A stretch of DNA of 64,000 nucleotides from Promethearchaeia archaeon (lineage in GTDB: Archaea; Asgardarchaeota; Lokiarchaeia; Sigyniarchaeales; SOKP01), in NCBI GenBank assembly GCA_029856045.1, contig JAHQWG010000033.1:64001-128000 (forward strand), given 5' to 3'. This document shows positions 38,763 through 49,067 of the stretch, one piece after another. The notes under the pieces are model-generated. The model was not told the DNA's origin, made no database searches, and saw only the letters and a program-made list of their open reading frames with translations. The position numbers and the translations under genes are program-made. How positions within the stretch are numbered: the stretch's first letter is position 1; each line of letters begins with the position of its first letter.

Positions 38763-39011
38763 TAAAAATACATTTTTTGTAATTTATATAAATAATATAT
38801 AAAGCATATTTTTTAGAATATAAAAACGTTAATAATTACTTTTAAAAGGAATTTCATTATTTTTTCCACAAACTCATTATCATATAAGTGTTAATCTCGA
38901 TAATTCCGTCAATTAAATCAATTTTATTAGCAAAAATCTTATGTAATTCCTCAGTAGGTTCAGTTTAATGAAAAAACCTTTTGGACTTGTTTTGCATTGT
39001 GTTTATTCATG

Positions 39012-41366
39012 TTATTTAATATTTTTAAGATCTTTAGATATGGGACCTAAATTTTTAAGGGTTTCCGAAAATTCTTTAATCGTATCAGCAAATTTTTGAC
39101 CTTCTCCAGCAGAAATACTTATTATCTTAACCCTATTATTATTTATTTTTAATTCTTCAAGCATTGAAATTATACTCTCATATCTATTTTCTGCTTTAAT
39201 GAATCCAGTTGTATAATGGCAATCTTGTGGGTGACAACCTGCTATTAAAACTCCATCTGCACCATTGAATAAAGCTTCAAAAACTAAAGCAGGGTCAATC
39301 ATAGCCGTACACATCACATGAATTGGCCTAGTATTAGTTGGATATTGAATCTTGCTGGTTCCTGCTAAATCTGCACCAATATAAGAACACCAATTACAAA
39401 GAAATGTCACAATTAAAGGCGACTCTTTTTTTTTATCTGTTATCACTTTTAATTGTGTTATGATTTCTTCTTTAGTAAATCCTGGAACTGTTAATGCATT
39501 TTTATGACACATAGCCGCACATGCACCACACCCCACACAATTTGCCTCTATAATATGCAACTGTTCATTCTCTATTTCAATCGCATTAAATACACAGACA
39601 TTTTCACATAAGCGACATAAATCGCATAAATCACGGTTATATTGCACAACTAATGGATCTAATTCTATTTCTCCCTTAGTTAAAAGAGCAATTGTCTTAG
39701 AAGCAGTAGATTCCGCTTGACTAATGCTATTCGGAATATCCTTGGGAAACTGAATTGCTCCTGCAATATAAATCCCTTTAACTGATGAATCTGAAGGTCT
39801 AACTTTGAGATGACTTTCTAATAAAAATCCGTAAGTATCTGTTGAAATATTTAAGATTTGTGCCAATTCCTCCGTTCCTTCAGCTGGTTCGATTCCAACG
39901 GCTAAAACCACTAACTCCGTAGGATTTTCAAATAAATGATCATCTAAAATATTCTCTCCTCTTAATAATAATTCATTGCTGGTATCACTTTTAATAATAG
40001 TTGAAATATTACTTTTGATAAACCTAATTTGAAATTCTTCTCTTGCCCTATTATAAAACTCTTCGCAGAACTTTCCTATGGCTCTAATATCTGTATAATA
40101 TATCATTATATCTAAATTTTTTATTTGTTTTTTAGCCAAAATTGCTTGTTTTACAGAATAATTGCAACAAACTTGACTACAATACTCATGATTTATTTTT
40201 TTATTTCTTGAGCCGACACACAATATAAAAGAAATACTTTTTGGAATGCTACCATCAGAAGGTTTTAAAATCACTCCCTTAGTTGGTCCATCTGTATTAA
40301 GTAATCTTTCCATCTCCAACCCTGTTATTATATTAGGATATTTTGTATAATTATATTCTCCCAAAATTGTTGGATCGAATGTTTTATATCCCGTTGCTAC
40401 AATAATTGCACCAACTTTAAATCTTTTTATTTCTTTGGTTTGAGAAAAATTAATTGCTTCCCGTTCTCCACATGCTATTTCGCATGCTTTACATCCTATG
40501 CAATATTCTTCCAATATATTTGGAATTAATGGTATTGCCTGTGGATATGAAACATCTATTGCCTTTCTGGGGAAAAAAGTATCTTCAACATCAATTGGGC
40601 AAACTTCTCTACATATCTCAAAACACCCAACGCATTTATCTTCAAAAATAAATCGAGGTTTTTTTTCAATAGTTATTTCAAAGTTTCCAATATAACCTGA
40701 TACTTCTTTTACTTCTGAATAAGTTAATAATTCTATATTTGGATGATCTTTTACCTCTACCATTATTGGTCCTAAAATACATATGCTACAATCTAGAGTT
40801 GGGAAGGTTTTATCAAATAAAGCCATTTTTCCTCCAATCGTAGGTTCCCTTTCAACAAGATACACTTTATATCCCGCATCAGCAATTTGTAAAGACGCTT
40901 TAATTCCAGCAATACCTCCCCCAATAATCAATACCGAAGGTGTAATTTTTGCTTTTCTTCGTTTCAATGGCTTTAATAATTTTACTCGTTCAATAGCCAT
41001 ATCAATTTGATCTATTGCTTTTTCAGTTGCTCGCATTGGTTCATTTGCATGAACCCATGAATTTTGTTCACGAATATTTGCAAAGGCTATTAAATATCTA
41101 TTAATTCCTGTTTTTTCAATTGAATTGCGAAATAACTCTCCGTGTAATTTGAAAGAACAAGCAGCAATTACTACTCTATCTATTTTATTTTCCTTTATTT
41201 CATCCGCAATCAAATTTAATCCCAATTCAGCGCATAAATATTTATCTTCAAAAACATAGATCTCTGGGTATGTTTTAAAATGCTCCATTATAGCCTTAAT
41301 ATCTAATACGCCAGCGATATTCGTTCCACAATCACAAAGAAATAATCCGATTTTCAAATTTTTCAC
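39012..41366 (-). CDS. hdrA: Heterodisulfide reductase subunit A fused to MvhD
   Basis: CDCGTNI, ANIREQNSWVH, GGGIAG, DKTFPTLDCSICI, CVGSR..YCSQVCC, ferredoxin motifs; C-terminal MvhD with CNWCSYIGAD and GCHPQDCHY; GTG start. Confidence 0.95.
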   Translation of the reverse strand: MKNLKIGLFLCDCGTNIAGVLDIKAIMEHFKTYPEIYVFEDKYLCAELGLNLIADEIKENKIDRVVIAACSFKLHGELFRNSIEKTGINRYLIAFANIREQNSWVHANEPMRATEKAIDQIDMAIERVKLLKPLKRRKAKITPSVLIIGGGIAGIKASLQIADAGYKVYLVEREPTIGGKMALFDKTFPTLDCSICILGPIMVEVKDHPNIELLTYSEVKEVSGYIGNFEITIEKKPRFIFEDKCVGCFEICREVCPIDVEDTFFPRKAIDVSYPQAIPLIPNILEEYCIGCKACEIACGEREAINFSQTKEIKRFKVGAIIVATGYKTFDPTILGEYNYTKYPNIITGLEMERLLNTDGPTKGVILKPSDGSIPKSISFILCVGSRNKKINHEYCSQVCCNYSVKQAILAKKQIKNLDIMIYYTDIRAIGKFCEEFYNRAREEFQIRFIKSNISTIIKSDTSNELLLRGENILDDHLFENPTELVVLAVGIEPAEGTEELAQILNISTDTYGFLLESHLKVRPSDSSVKGIYIAGAIQFPKDIPNSISQAESTASKTIALLTKGEIELDPLVVQYNRDLCDLCRLCENVCVFNAIEIENEQLHIIEANCVGCGACAAMCHKNALTVPGFTKEEIITQLKVITDKKKESPLIVTFLCNWCSYIGADLAGTSKIQYPTNTRPIHVMCTAMIDPALVFEALFNGADGVLIAGCHPQDCHYTTGFIKAENRYESIISMLEELKINNNRVKIISISAGEGQKFADTIKEFSETLKNLGPISKDLKNIK

Positions 41367-41527
41367 CTTCTAAGTATAAACAATATTTTGAATAATAAAA
41401 CATTTAATTTATTTTCTATAATAGCTAAATATTATTAACTTAATTTTAAAAATAATTAATAAAATTTTTAGATAATATACTTAGTTAAAATTTATATATC
41501 TTCAATTAACTTTAAGGATTTGATTCT

Positions 41528-42274
41528 ATTCTAGAAAAAATATTTAATGATCCGAATCTAAGTCAAGAAGAACTTACGTGGCTTAAAAGATATATAATTA
41601 TTTTTGGAATTCTTTTTATAACCCATTTCTGCTTAGTTGTATTTATTTTTTCAATTTACGATTGGTTAGTTCTTCTGGGTTTGACATATTTCTGCTTATT
41701 ACCAGCTTTTCTCAGTAATGCGTGTATGACATTTGCTGGAAAATTTCCAGTAAAACTTTATCCTATTGATGGAGGTCGAATGTGGAAAAATACTAACGAG
41801 AGAATTCTTGGTGATGGAAAAACTTGGAATGGGATTATTATTGGAATATTTTTTAGTTTCTTAATCTGTTTGATTACCTCTTTTATATACTTTTCTCTTG
41901 CTGACATAACAATATATCGATTTGAACTTAGCCCAACTGTCTTAAAGCTTTTTAGTCAAGAGGATATCCTCTTTTTTGTAGAAATTAGATATAAATTTAA
42001 TAATTTTCTCTTAAGAATCCTTCTTATGAGTATAGGGGCACCAATTGGAGATTTAATTGGAAGTTTTATAAAAAGACGGATGGGAAAAGAAAGAGGTGGA
42101 CAAATTTTTTTGATAGATCAATTAGATTTTATTGCTTTCTCAGTTATTATGGTGCATCCGATTTTTCCCATACCATGGTATTTTATAATTTTTATCTTCA
42201 TCTCGACACCCTTAGTTGCGATATTTTCAAATGTTGTTGCATATTACCTCGATTTAAAGAAAGTTCCATGGTAA
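41528..42274 (+). CDS. carS: CDP-archaeol synthase; start uncertain (ORF-track TTG at 41681, open frame extends to 41516)
   Basis: PAFLSNA, PIDGG, LGDGKTWNG, GDLIGSFIKRRMG.ERG, DQLDF, LKKVPW. Confidence 0.9.
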   Translation: MLEKIFNDPNLSQEELTWLKRYIIIFGILFITHFCLVVFIFSIYDWLVLLGLTYFCLLPAFLSNACMTFAGKFPVKLYPIDGGRMWKNTNERILGDGKTWNGIIIGIFFSFLICLITSFIYFSLADITIYRFELSPTVLKLFSQEDILFFVEIRYKFNNFLLRILLMSIGAPIGDLIGSFIKRRMGKERGGQIFLIDQLDFIAFSVIMVHPIFPIPWYFIIFIFISTPLVAIFSNVVAYYLDLKKVPW

Positions 42275-42287
42275 ATAATATTCAATT

Positions 42288-42869
42288 CTAGCCTTTATTG
42301 ATATCTCTTAAAAATGGATAAACTTCTTTTATTTTAAAATTATGAGCTTTCATTACTAAAAAGAAGTCCTTTTCTAACTGGAACTCTTTCTTTAAAATAT
42401 CCAAAATCCTTTCTTGAGAATAAGATTCACCACTAGTGATATTAATACCTTTACATTTTTTTAAATTCTCATCCCAATTCTTCTTTATGGTAAGAATTAT
42501 CCGCCAAACTGGATATGAACTACATTGAAAGGGCCGAACTGAATAAATTTTACACATATTGTTTTCTCCAAGAAAACAACACTCTTCATTATCTCCTACT
42601 AATTTAAATACAATAGTATCATAATAATAGCTCTTTTTTACATCCGTATTATTATCTTTGTAAGCACGCTTTTGCGAAATAATCTCTAAATGCTTTTTTG
42701 CGAATTCATATTTTTTCGCTTCAGTAGTGCATTTAAAATGTTCAAATAGTTTCTCTAAATCTGGCTTATAAATAAAAATATAACCTTTTTTTTTACCCTT
42801 GCAACAATTTCCACATATTTGGCATGCAAATTTAAAATCTTTTGCCGGTCCGATGAGTTTGAACTGCAT
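42288..42869 (-). CDS. YkgJ family cysteine-cluster protein
   Basis: FACQICGNCC, CCFLGENNMCKIYSVRPFQCSSYP. Confidence 0.9.
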   Translation of the reverse strand: MQFKLIGPAKDFKFACQICGNCCKGKKKGYIFIYKPDLEKLFEHFKCTTEAKKYEFAKKHLEIISQKRAYKDNNTDVKKSYYYDTIVFKLVGDNEECCFLGENNMCKIYSVRPFQCSSYPVWRIILTIKKNWDENLKKCKGINITSGESYSQERILDILKKEFQLEKDFFLVMKAHNFKIKEVYPFLRDINKG

Positions 42870-42959
42870 AGTAATTATGTATTAATAAAATAAAAGATAA
42901 TAAAAATCTTAATAAAAAGTAATAATTAATATGAAAACTAAAAGTTAAAGGAATTTTTA

Positions 42960-45242
42960 GTGATTGAAACAAAAGAGATCTCTGGAGAAATAATCGCTCA
43001 TTTATTTGGAGCACATTCAGATATTTTTAAAAATATATACCAAATATTAGATTCTCTATTCGGATTATATAATCTTCAAAACAATGAAGAATTTAAAGAA
43101 TGGAAAAATTTATTCATCAAAATTTATAGTGATAGGAACTGTAATAAAGAATTATTTATTACACACACTTATTTAGCCTTATTAATAAAAGTAATTTTAA
43201 TCCGAGTTGTCTTGAGCAAAATTGAATTTGAGCTTATTGATTTAAAAAATATTTTTAGCTTATTAAACGATTTTTCTAACGATTTCAGTCATTTTGAACG
43301 GAATTTTGGCAATTGGATATTTTTAAACGTAGAAAATAACCCAAAAGAAATAAATGATATCATAAAGCAATTGGTCTTAAATCTTCGTATTATTTATAAT
43401 TCAATTATTAAAACCGAAGTTCTTAGAGAGGATTTATTCCATCATATTTATCAAGAATTGATTTCTGCTTCCATAAAGCATTCAATGGGGGAATTCTACA
43501 CTCCTACTTATCTTGCCAGAAAAATGATTATCAATTCCTATGATTTTGGTGAAAAAGTATTGGATCCTGCATGTGGGAGTAGTACTTTCATCATTGAGCT
43601 AATAAAACATATCAAATCAAAAAATACACCATTAAAGAATCAAATTTCAGCAATTAATAACGTTTATGGGTATGATTTAAACCCATTTGCAGTATTTATT
43701 TCAAAAATAAATATTTTCCTATTAATCAAAGATTTAATTCCACTTTGTAAAATAAATATAGAATTGCGTGATTCATTATTTCCGGAGGAAAATATCGAAA
43801 ATAAATTCGATTTAATAATCGGAAATCCGCCATGGTTGACATATAGCTCGTTAGAATCTTTAGAAGATCAAAATAAATTAAAGGTTCTAGTTGAAAATTT
43901 ACAAATCAAACCATCTCCTAAGAATATTCTGAATTTAGATTTATCTGCTGTCTTTTTTTATCAATGCTGTAATCTCTACTTGAAAAATAGGGGTAAAATC
44001 TTTTTTGTAATAACCTCCGGAATTATCACAGGAAGTCATAATGATCGATTTAGAACATTCCGTGGGTTTAGAAATATTAAAATCTGGACATTTACTAAAG
44101 AAATCTTTAATGTAGATTTTATTTGTTTATTCGCAATTAAAGATAAACTAAATGGCAATAAAAGTAGGGAAGAACTTGAGCAAAGGGAAATACCCGTAGA
44201 ACATTTTGACTTTGAAAAATTAAATTCTAGTTTAAAAATAATGAAAATAAAAGAAGATATCTATGTTCCCTATGCAGTTGTCGAAAGAAGCGGAAAACTT
44301 TACGTAAAAAAGTTTATTCCAAAAGAAATTAAAAATAAAATGTATCCATATGCTAAATCCTATTATTTTGACTTATTTCATAAAGGTGCCGATCTAAACC
44401 CGCGAAATTTAATATTCATAGAATTCAAACAAAAATCTGATTTATTGGCTATTATCAATGTAGATAAAAGAATCCTCAAAAAGGCAAAACCTCCTTGGAA
44501 TAAGATAGAATACCAAAATCAAATTATAGAAAAAAAATACATCTTCAATTGTGCAAAAAGTACTGAATTGGTAAAATTTAATGTCTTTCATACCTACAGC
44601 GTCTTTTTGCCCATTGAGAAATATGATTTAACATGGGAACCAACGTCTCTATCAAAATATGGTTCATCATTTTACACGTTAATCAATGAAAAATACTTGA
44701 AATATAAAAAAAAAACTACTAAACATAAATCCTTAATGGAAAACTTAAATCGATGGGGCAAATTGTTAAATAAAAGGCAATTTTCAGATATTAAAGTAGG
44801 ATATAACAATTCAGGTTCAGTGTTAAACGCAGCAATTATTACTGGGGATTGTATTATTACAGGCGATCTGAGCTTTCTTAATACAACTAATCTTAATGAA
44901 GCTTTTTACTTAACAGCAATTTTAAATTCTCCAATTTTATCTGAACAAATTAAAATTAGAAAAAGCTCACGCCATATTTTTAAAAAAGCATTAGAATTCC
45001 CCATAGAAAAATACAATGAAAATAATAAAATCCATAAAAATCTAAGCGAAATTGGAAAAATTGCTACTCTTAAATCAAAAGAAGTATGCAAAAAATTTAA
45101 TTCTAAAGTGAATAATTCTATTTCGAAATGGGAAATTCAAAAACAATTACATCAAATTCTTAAACCCTTATTTGATAAAACAGATAATCTTATATTTAAA
45201 ATGATTTATAAATCAGACGCAATTAATGAGAATTTAAATTAA
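42960..45242 (+). CDS. N6-adenine DNA methyltransferase (type IIG/Eco57I-like) with C-terminal TRD-like region
   Basis: GEFYTP, VLDPACGSSTF (motif I), YGYDLNP, FDLIIGNPPW (motif IV), YLTAILNS. Confidence 0.88.
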   Translation: MIETKEISGEIIAHLFGAHSDIFKNIYQILDSLFGLYNLQNNEEFKEWKNLFIKIYSDRNCNKELFITHTYLALLIKVILIRVVLSKIEFELIDLKNIFSLLNDFSNDFSHFERNFGNWIFLNVENNPKEINDIIKQLVLNLRIIYNSIIKTEVLREDLFHHIYQELISASIKHSMGEFYTPTYLARKMIINSYDFGEKVLDPACGSSTFIIELIKHIKSKNTPLKNQISAINNVYGYDLNPFAVFISKINIFLLIKDLIPLCKINIELRDSLFPEENIENKFDLIIGNPPWLTYSSLESLEDQNKLKVLVENLQIKPSPKNILNLDLSAVFFYQCCNLYLKNRGKIFFVITSGIITGSHNDRFRTFRGFRNIKIWTFTKEIFNVDFICLFAIKDKLNGNKSREELEQREIPVEHFDFEKLNSSLKIMKIKEDIYVPYAVVERSGKLYVKKFIPKEIKNKMYPYAKSYYFDLFHKGADLNPRNLIFIEFKQKSDLLAIINVDKRILKKAKPPWNKIEYQNQIIEKKYIFNCAKSTELVKFNVFHTYSVFLPIEKYDLTWEPTSLSKYGSSFYTLINEKYLKYKKKTTKHKSLMENLNRWGKLLNKRQFSDIKVGYNNSGSVLNAAIITGDCIITGDLSFLNTTNLNEAFYLTAILNSPILSEQIKIRKSSRHIFKKALEFPIEKYNENNKIHKNLSEIGKIATLKSKEVCKKFNSKVNNSISKWEIQKQLHQILKPLFDKTDNLIFKMIYKSDAINENLN

Positions 45243-45343
45243 TTAAGCAATGAAATTTTATTGCAGAATTATTTGTCTTACGAATGATACGAACAATAAT
45301 ATGATCTATTAACTTTTATTATTCTAAAAAATAATCTCATATT

Positions 45344-45474
45344 GAAGGAATTTAATATCTTTGGCGGGTTTTTCCCGCAACTTTAAAACATTGGATTTCG
45401 CCCTCTTCTCGTGAAATCATTGCACGGGATCTCCTCCTTATACTTAATTTAAAGAGATACCGAATTCCTTCGGT
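45344..45474. ncRNA. Candidate multibranched structured RNA or palindromic element
   Basis: gaaggaatt (45344-52)/aattccttc (45463-71); ctttaaa/tttaaag; gcggg-ttttt-cccgc; tctcgtg/cacggga; GC-rich relative to its flanks. Confidence 0.45.
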
Positions 45475-45674
45475 TTTCTTTTTAACCTATTAATTATTTC
45501 CATAAAATTAAATATAATTGAATTTTAAGAAATTCAAAAAATTTGATTTACTTTTCATCTGATTATTAGTAGGTAATCAATTAAATTAAAATTAATATTA
45601 CAATAAAATGAAATTAGTAATATTATTAATTTTCAATATTTTTTATTATCTAAAAAAAAATTTGGTGAAAACCA

Positions 45675-46709
45675 TTGAGTGAAGAAGAAATCTTATCTAA
45701 AAAAACATACATTCTTATTCTCGAAATAACGCTTGGTATTGCTATAGTCGGACTTATGCTAATGGTTGCTGGATTAAATGAATGGTTTGGTGATACTTTA
45801 GTTAACAATGACGTCGTCTATTATTTGTTTACTGCCATATCTTATTTGGGAGATACTTTAGTTTATATTATTATCGGAGCAACTCTATATTTAATTTATG
45901 ATAAACGATTTGCGAAAAACTTATTCCTTGCTCTATTAGGATCGAATTATTTGGACAATTCTTTAAAAGATATATTTCAAGATCCTAGACCTGCATCAAA
46001 TGCTCTTAGAGCCAATGCAACAGGCTACGGTTTTCCTTCCGGACATGCGCAAGGCTCTACGGTAACATATGGATATTTAGCATTTCATACTCAAAAGAAT
46101 TATGCACAAGAGAAGTGGTATAAATATATTCCTTGGATTTTTCTAGTTGTAATATATTTAGTTGCAATTTCAAGGCAGATAATAGGAGTTCATGATGTTG
46201 AGGATATAGTTGGTGGATTATTAATCGGAATAAGCTTTTTGCTCTTATTTATTAATTTAGAACCACTTATAACTGAAAAAATAAACACATTTGATTTGCC
46301 AATAAAACTAATAATTGCAGTAGCGATTCCTGTGATTTTATTTATTGTTGCATTGCTGATCTATCCTACGGGTTTAGGTGATTATGGAAGGGCTTGCGGA
46401 GCTTTAACTGGATTATCAGTGGGTTATTTAATCGAAAATGAAAAAATACATTATAATCCACATGATCTTGATAATAAACAGAGAATTATCAATTTAGCCA
46501 TAGGACTTGCAATTACTATTGTTTTGTATTTACTTTTAAGCCTAATACCTTTAGATGTTCAAATTTGGAAATTTTTTGAATACTTAATAGTGGCATTAGT
46601 AGTTACTTTACTTATACCATGGCTTTTATTATTGATTCAAGAAAAACTAAGTGGGAGAGAAAAAGTAGCAAAAGTAGCAAAAGTAGAAAAAGTTGAAAGT
46701 ACAGAATAA
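45675..46709 (+). CDS. PAP2 family membrane phosphatase
   Basis: KDIFQDPRP, YGFPSGHA, SRQIIGVHDVEDIVGG. Confidence 0.93.
   Translation: MSEEEILSKKTYILILEITLGIAIVGLMLMVAGLNEWFGDTLVNNDVVYYLFTAISYLGDTLVYIIIGATLYLIYDKRFAKNLFLALLGSNYLDNSLKDIFQDPRPASNALRANATGYGFPSGHAQGSTVTYGYLAFHTQKNYAQEKWYKYIPWIFLVVIYLVAISRQIIGVHDVEDIVGGLLIGISFLLLFINLEPLITEKINTFDLPIKLIIAVAIPVILFIVALLIYPTGLGDYGRACGALTGLSVGYLIENEKIHYNPHDLDNKQRIINLAIGLAITIVLYLLLSLIPLDVQIWKFFEYLIVALVVTLLIPWLLLLIQEKLSGREKVAKVAKVEKVESTE
46662..46697 (+). repeat. 9-bp tandem repeat (4 copies) encoding the KVA/KVE tail of the PAP2 protein
   Basis: aaagtagca aaagtagca aaagtagaa aaagttgaa. Confidence 0.7.
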
Positions 46710-46840
46710 AAATATTCAAATCTCTTTTTTTTTTTATTATTATCTAACTTTTAAAATTGGCAACCTAATATTATTATTATTATTGATTTCCATTAAATTA
46801 TTCATATACTTAAAGAATAATATAAATCAGTAGAATTACG

Positions 46841-47596
46841 TTAAGAAACATACTCTTTTTCGTTTCTTTCACTTATTTTAGACTCTAATTTTTTAGATAG
46901 TTGAGTCAAACGAAACTCTTTAATAATGTAATATAAAGTATAGAATAACGAAACACGTATGAACTTCGAAGAAAGATCTTCATCTTCAATTCCAAGCGAA
47001 AAAAATTGAAAGATATAATCTATATGGAATAGAAATTGAATATTTAATAGTAAAAAAGCGCTAATGAATATAATAATAAATAAAATTCTATTATTCGCTT
47101 TATATAGAAAATAAGGTATTATTAAAAACATTGTTAGTTTAAAACAGATAAAGGCTAATAAAATAGGGGGTATATATTTATCTTCTTCGTATAGAAATGC
47201 AATTAAAAGAATGAAAATACTAAATGGTTCAATATTTCCAATTAAAATGTATACAAATGTAAAAAAAGAAAATATCAATACAACAAAATAATTTTTCTCT
47301 AATTTAAATAATAAATATATTGAACCTATCCAACAACATGTTAGAAATACTATGTATATTTCTAAATTAATATAAAATGGTGTTAAAAAGAAAAAGCTTG
47401 GAAAATAATTGAGTCCATAAAAAACTTCGCTATTCCAAAATTTTTGAATTGCAGGAGAATAATATACGAAATAATCCCAAAAAATAATTACTGCGGGTTC
47501 TATTGACTCCCAATAAATAGAATAAATAGTTAAAATAAGGCAAAGAATAAATAAAGAAATAGGAAATAAGATTTTTTGAGTTTTTTTCTTAAACAT
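46841..47596 (-). CDS. Polytopic GT-C-type glycosyltransferase-like protein (GT87/DUF2029-like)
   Basis: WDYFVYY, NYFPSFFFL, GNIEPF, FKL motifs within a multi-TM protein. Confidence 0.6.
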   Translation of the reverse strand: MFKKKTQKILFPISLFILCLILTIYSIYWESIEPAVIIFWDYFVYYSPAIQKFWNSEVFYGLNYFPSFFFLTPFYINLEIYIVFLTCCWIGSIYLLFKLEKNYFVVLIFSFFTFVYILIGNIEPFSIFILLIAFLYEEDKYIPPILLAFICFKLTMFLIIPYFLYKANNRILFIIIFISAFLLLNIQFLFHIDYIFQFFSLGIEDEDLSSKFIRVSLFYTLYYIIKEFRLTQLSKKLESKISERNEKEYVS

Positions 47597-47739
47597 GGAT
47601 ATCTTACTATACGTAATTATATTTATGATATAATTTTTTTTGAAATTTAAATTGTTACACAGAATAAGAAAAAGTTTTAATCTATTTAGAATTGAATAAA
47701 ATATTATATTAATATGATCAAATTCACGTTAGGCACTAT

Positions 47740-48453
47740 ATGAAAATCAGTTTTGTTATACCAACTTATAATGAACATGGGAATATTGATAGGCTAATTA
47801 AAAAAATTAATTCAATCACTAAAGAGCATAACTTAACTAATGAAATAATAATAGTAGATGATAATAGTACTGATGGTACAATTGACGATGTGAGAAACCT
47901 ACAAAAGACTCAAGATAATATAAAATTAATTGTAAGAGATAAACTATTAGGCATCGGAACTGCTCATATAGATGGGTATAATCAAGCAACGGGCGATTTG
48001 ATAATTTCAATGGATGCAGATTTGCAACATCCCCCCGAAAAAATACCAGAATTTATCGCAAAAATCAAAATTGGATACGATGTTGTGGTAAGTTCACGAT
48101 ACATGAAAGGCGGATCAACAGAAACAAGTTTTCATAACAGAATTATAAGTAAATTGGGTGGTATTTATCTTTCCCTTATGTTTGGAATCAAAATAAAAGA
48201 CTTTTCAACTGGTTATCGAGCAATAAAAATGGAAGTATGGCAAAAGATTAGAAATTATAGATACTCAAGTAAAAATGTATTTTTAATTGAGAGTGTTTAT
48301 TATGCACATAAAAATGGAGCAAAAATTACTGATATTCCAATCCTATTTAAAAAAAGAGATATGGGTGAATCTAAAACTCCATTTATAAGTGAGTCAATAA
48401 AGTCACTGATGTTACCATTTAAAGTAATATTTTCATCAATTAAAAGGAAATAA
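47740..48453 (+). CDS. Polyprenol-phosphate hexosyltransferase (GT2, DPM1/GtrB-like)
   Basis: SFVIPTYNE, VDDNSTDGT, MDADLQHPPE, DFSTGYR, R.MGESK. Confidence 0.93.
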   Translation: MKISFVIPTYNEHGNIDRLIKKINSITKEHNLTNEIIIVDDNSTDGTIDDVRNLQKTQDNIKLIVRDKLLGIGTAHIDGYNQATGDLIISMDADLQHPPEKIPEFIAKIKIGYDVVVSSRYMKGGSTETSFHNRIISKLGGIYLSLMFGIKIKDFSTGYRAIKMEVWQKIRNYRYSSKNVFLIESVYYAHKNGAKITDIPILFKKRDMGESKTPFISESIKSLMLPFKVIFSSIKRK

Positions 48454-48478
48454 CAAAGCTTTTGCATTAAAAAATTAA

Positions 48479-48928
48479 TTATTTTTCCTGATTTTTGTTA
48501 ATATTTTCTCTAAAAGTCCATAATTTATTTCCCACAAAATTAACTAAGAATGCTGCTATAATAGCAATAACCTCAGCAAAAATATACCAAATATAAAAAT
48601 ATTCGACAAGAACAAAAAGAATAATGATATTAACAGCTAAAGAAATTACACTTACTATTGAATACTGAATAAATTTTTTTACCATATTTTCTTTAAATTC
48701 TTCTTTAAAAGTCCAAATTTTATTAATTATATAATTATTTAAAACAGAAATAAAAAATGCAATTATTTCAGAGATTAGGTAATAAATCTTAAAGATATCA
48801 GTCAAAAGATAGAGTATTGATAAATTCACTACTGTTCCTATAGCTCCGACAATAGCAAATTTAGTAAATTCTAAAATAAATGGTTTTGAAAAAATTTTAT
48901 GAAATACTTCCGAAAGGAATTCAGACAT
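48479..48928 (-). CDS. GtrA family protein (lipid-linked sugar translocase-like)
   Basis: KFAIVGAIGTVVN, NNYIINKIWTF, NFVGNKLWTF; four TM helices. Confidence 0.93.
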   Translation of the reverse strand: MSEFLSEVFHKIFSKPFILEFTKFAIVGAIGTVVNLSILYLLTDIFKIYYLISEIIAFFISVLNNYIINKIWTFKEEFKENMVKKFIQYSIVSVISLAVNIIILFVLVEYFYIWYIFAEVIAIIAAFLVNFVGNKLWTFRENINKNQEK

Positions 48929-49067
48929 TATCGTAAATAACGCAGAGATTTTAAAGTATCTATGATAATAATTAACTTAATACTTCAAATTTATATTTTT
49001 TGGAATTTAATGTAATAGTATATAATGTTGAATCATAATATCAAAAATAAAATCCTGTGAAAAATAA

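Noticed and set aside
38763-39011. Possible SECIS element downstream of hdrA
   Set aside because: hdrA-mvhD has no in-frame TGA and no convincing AUGA/GA-closed stem can be drawn
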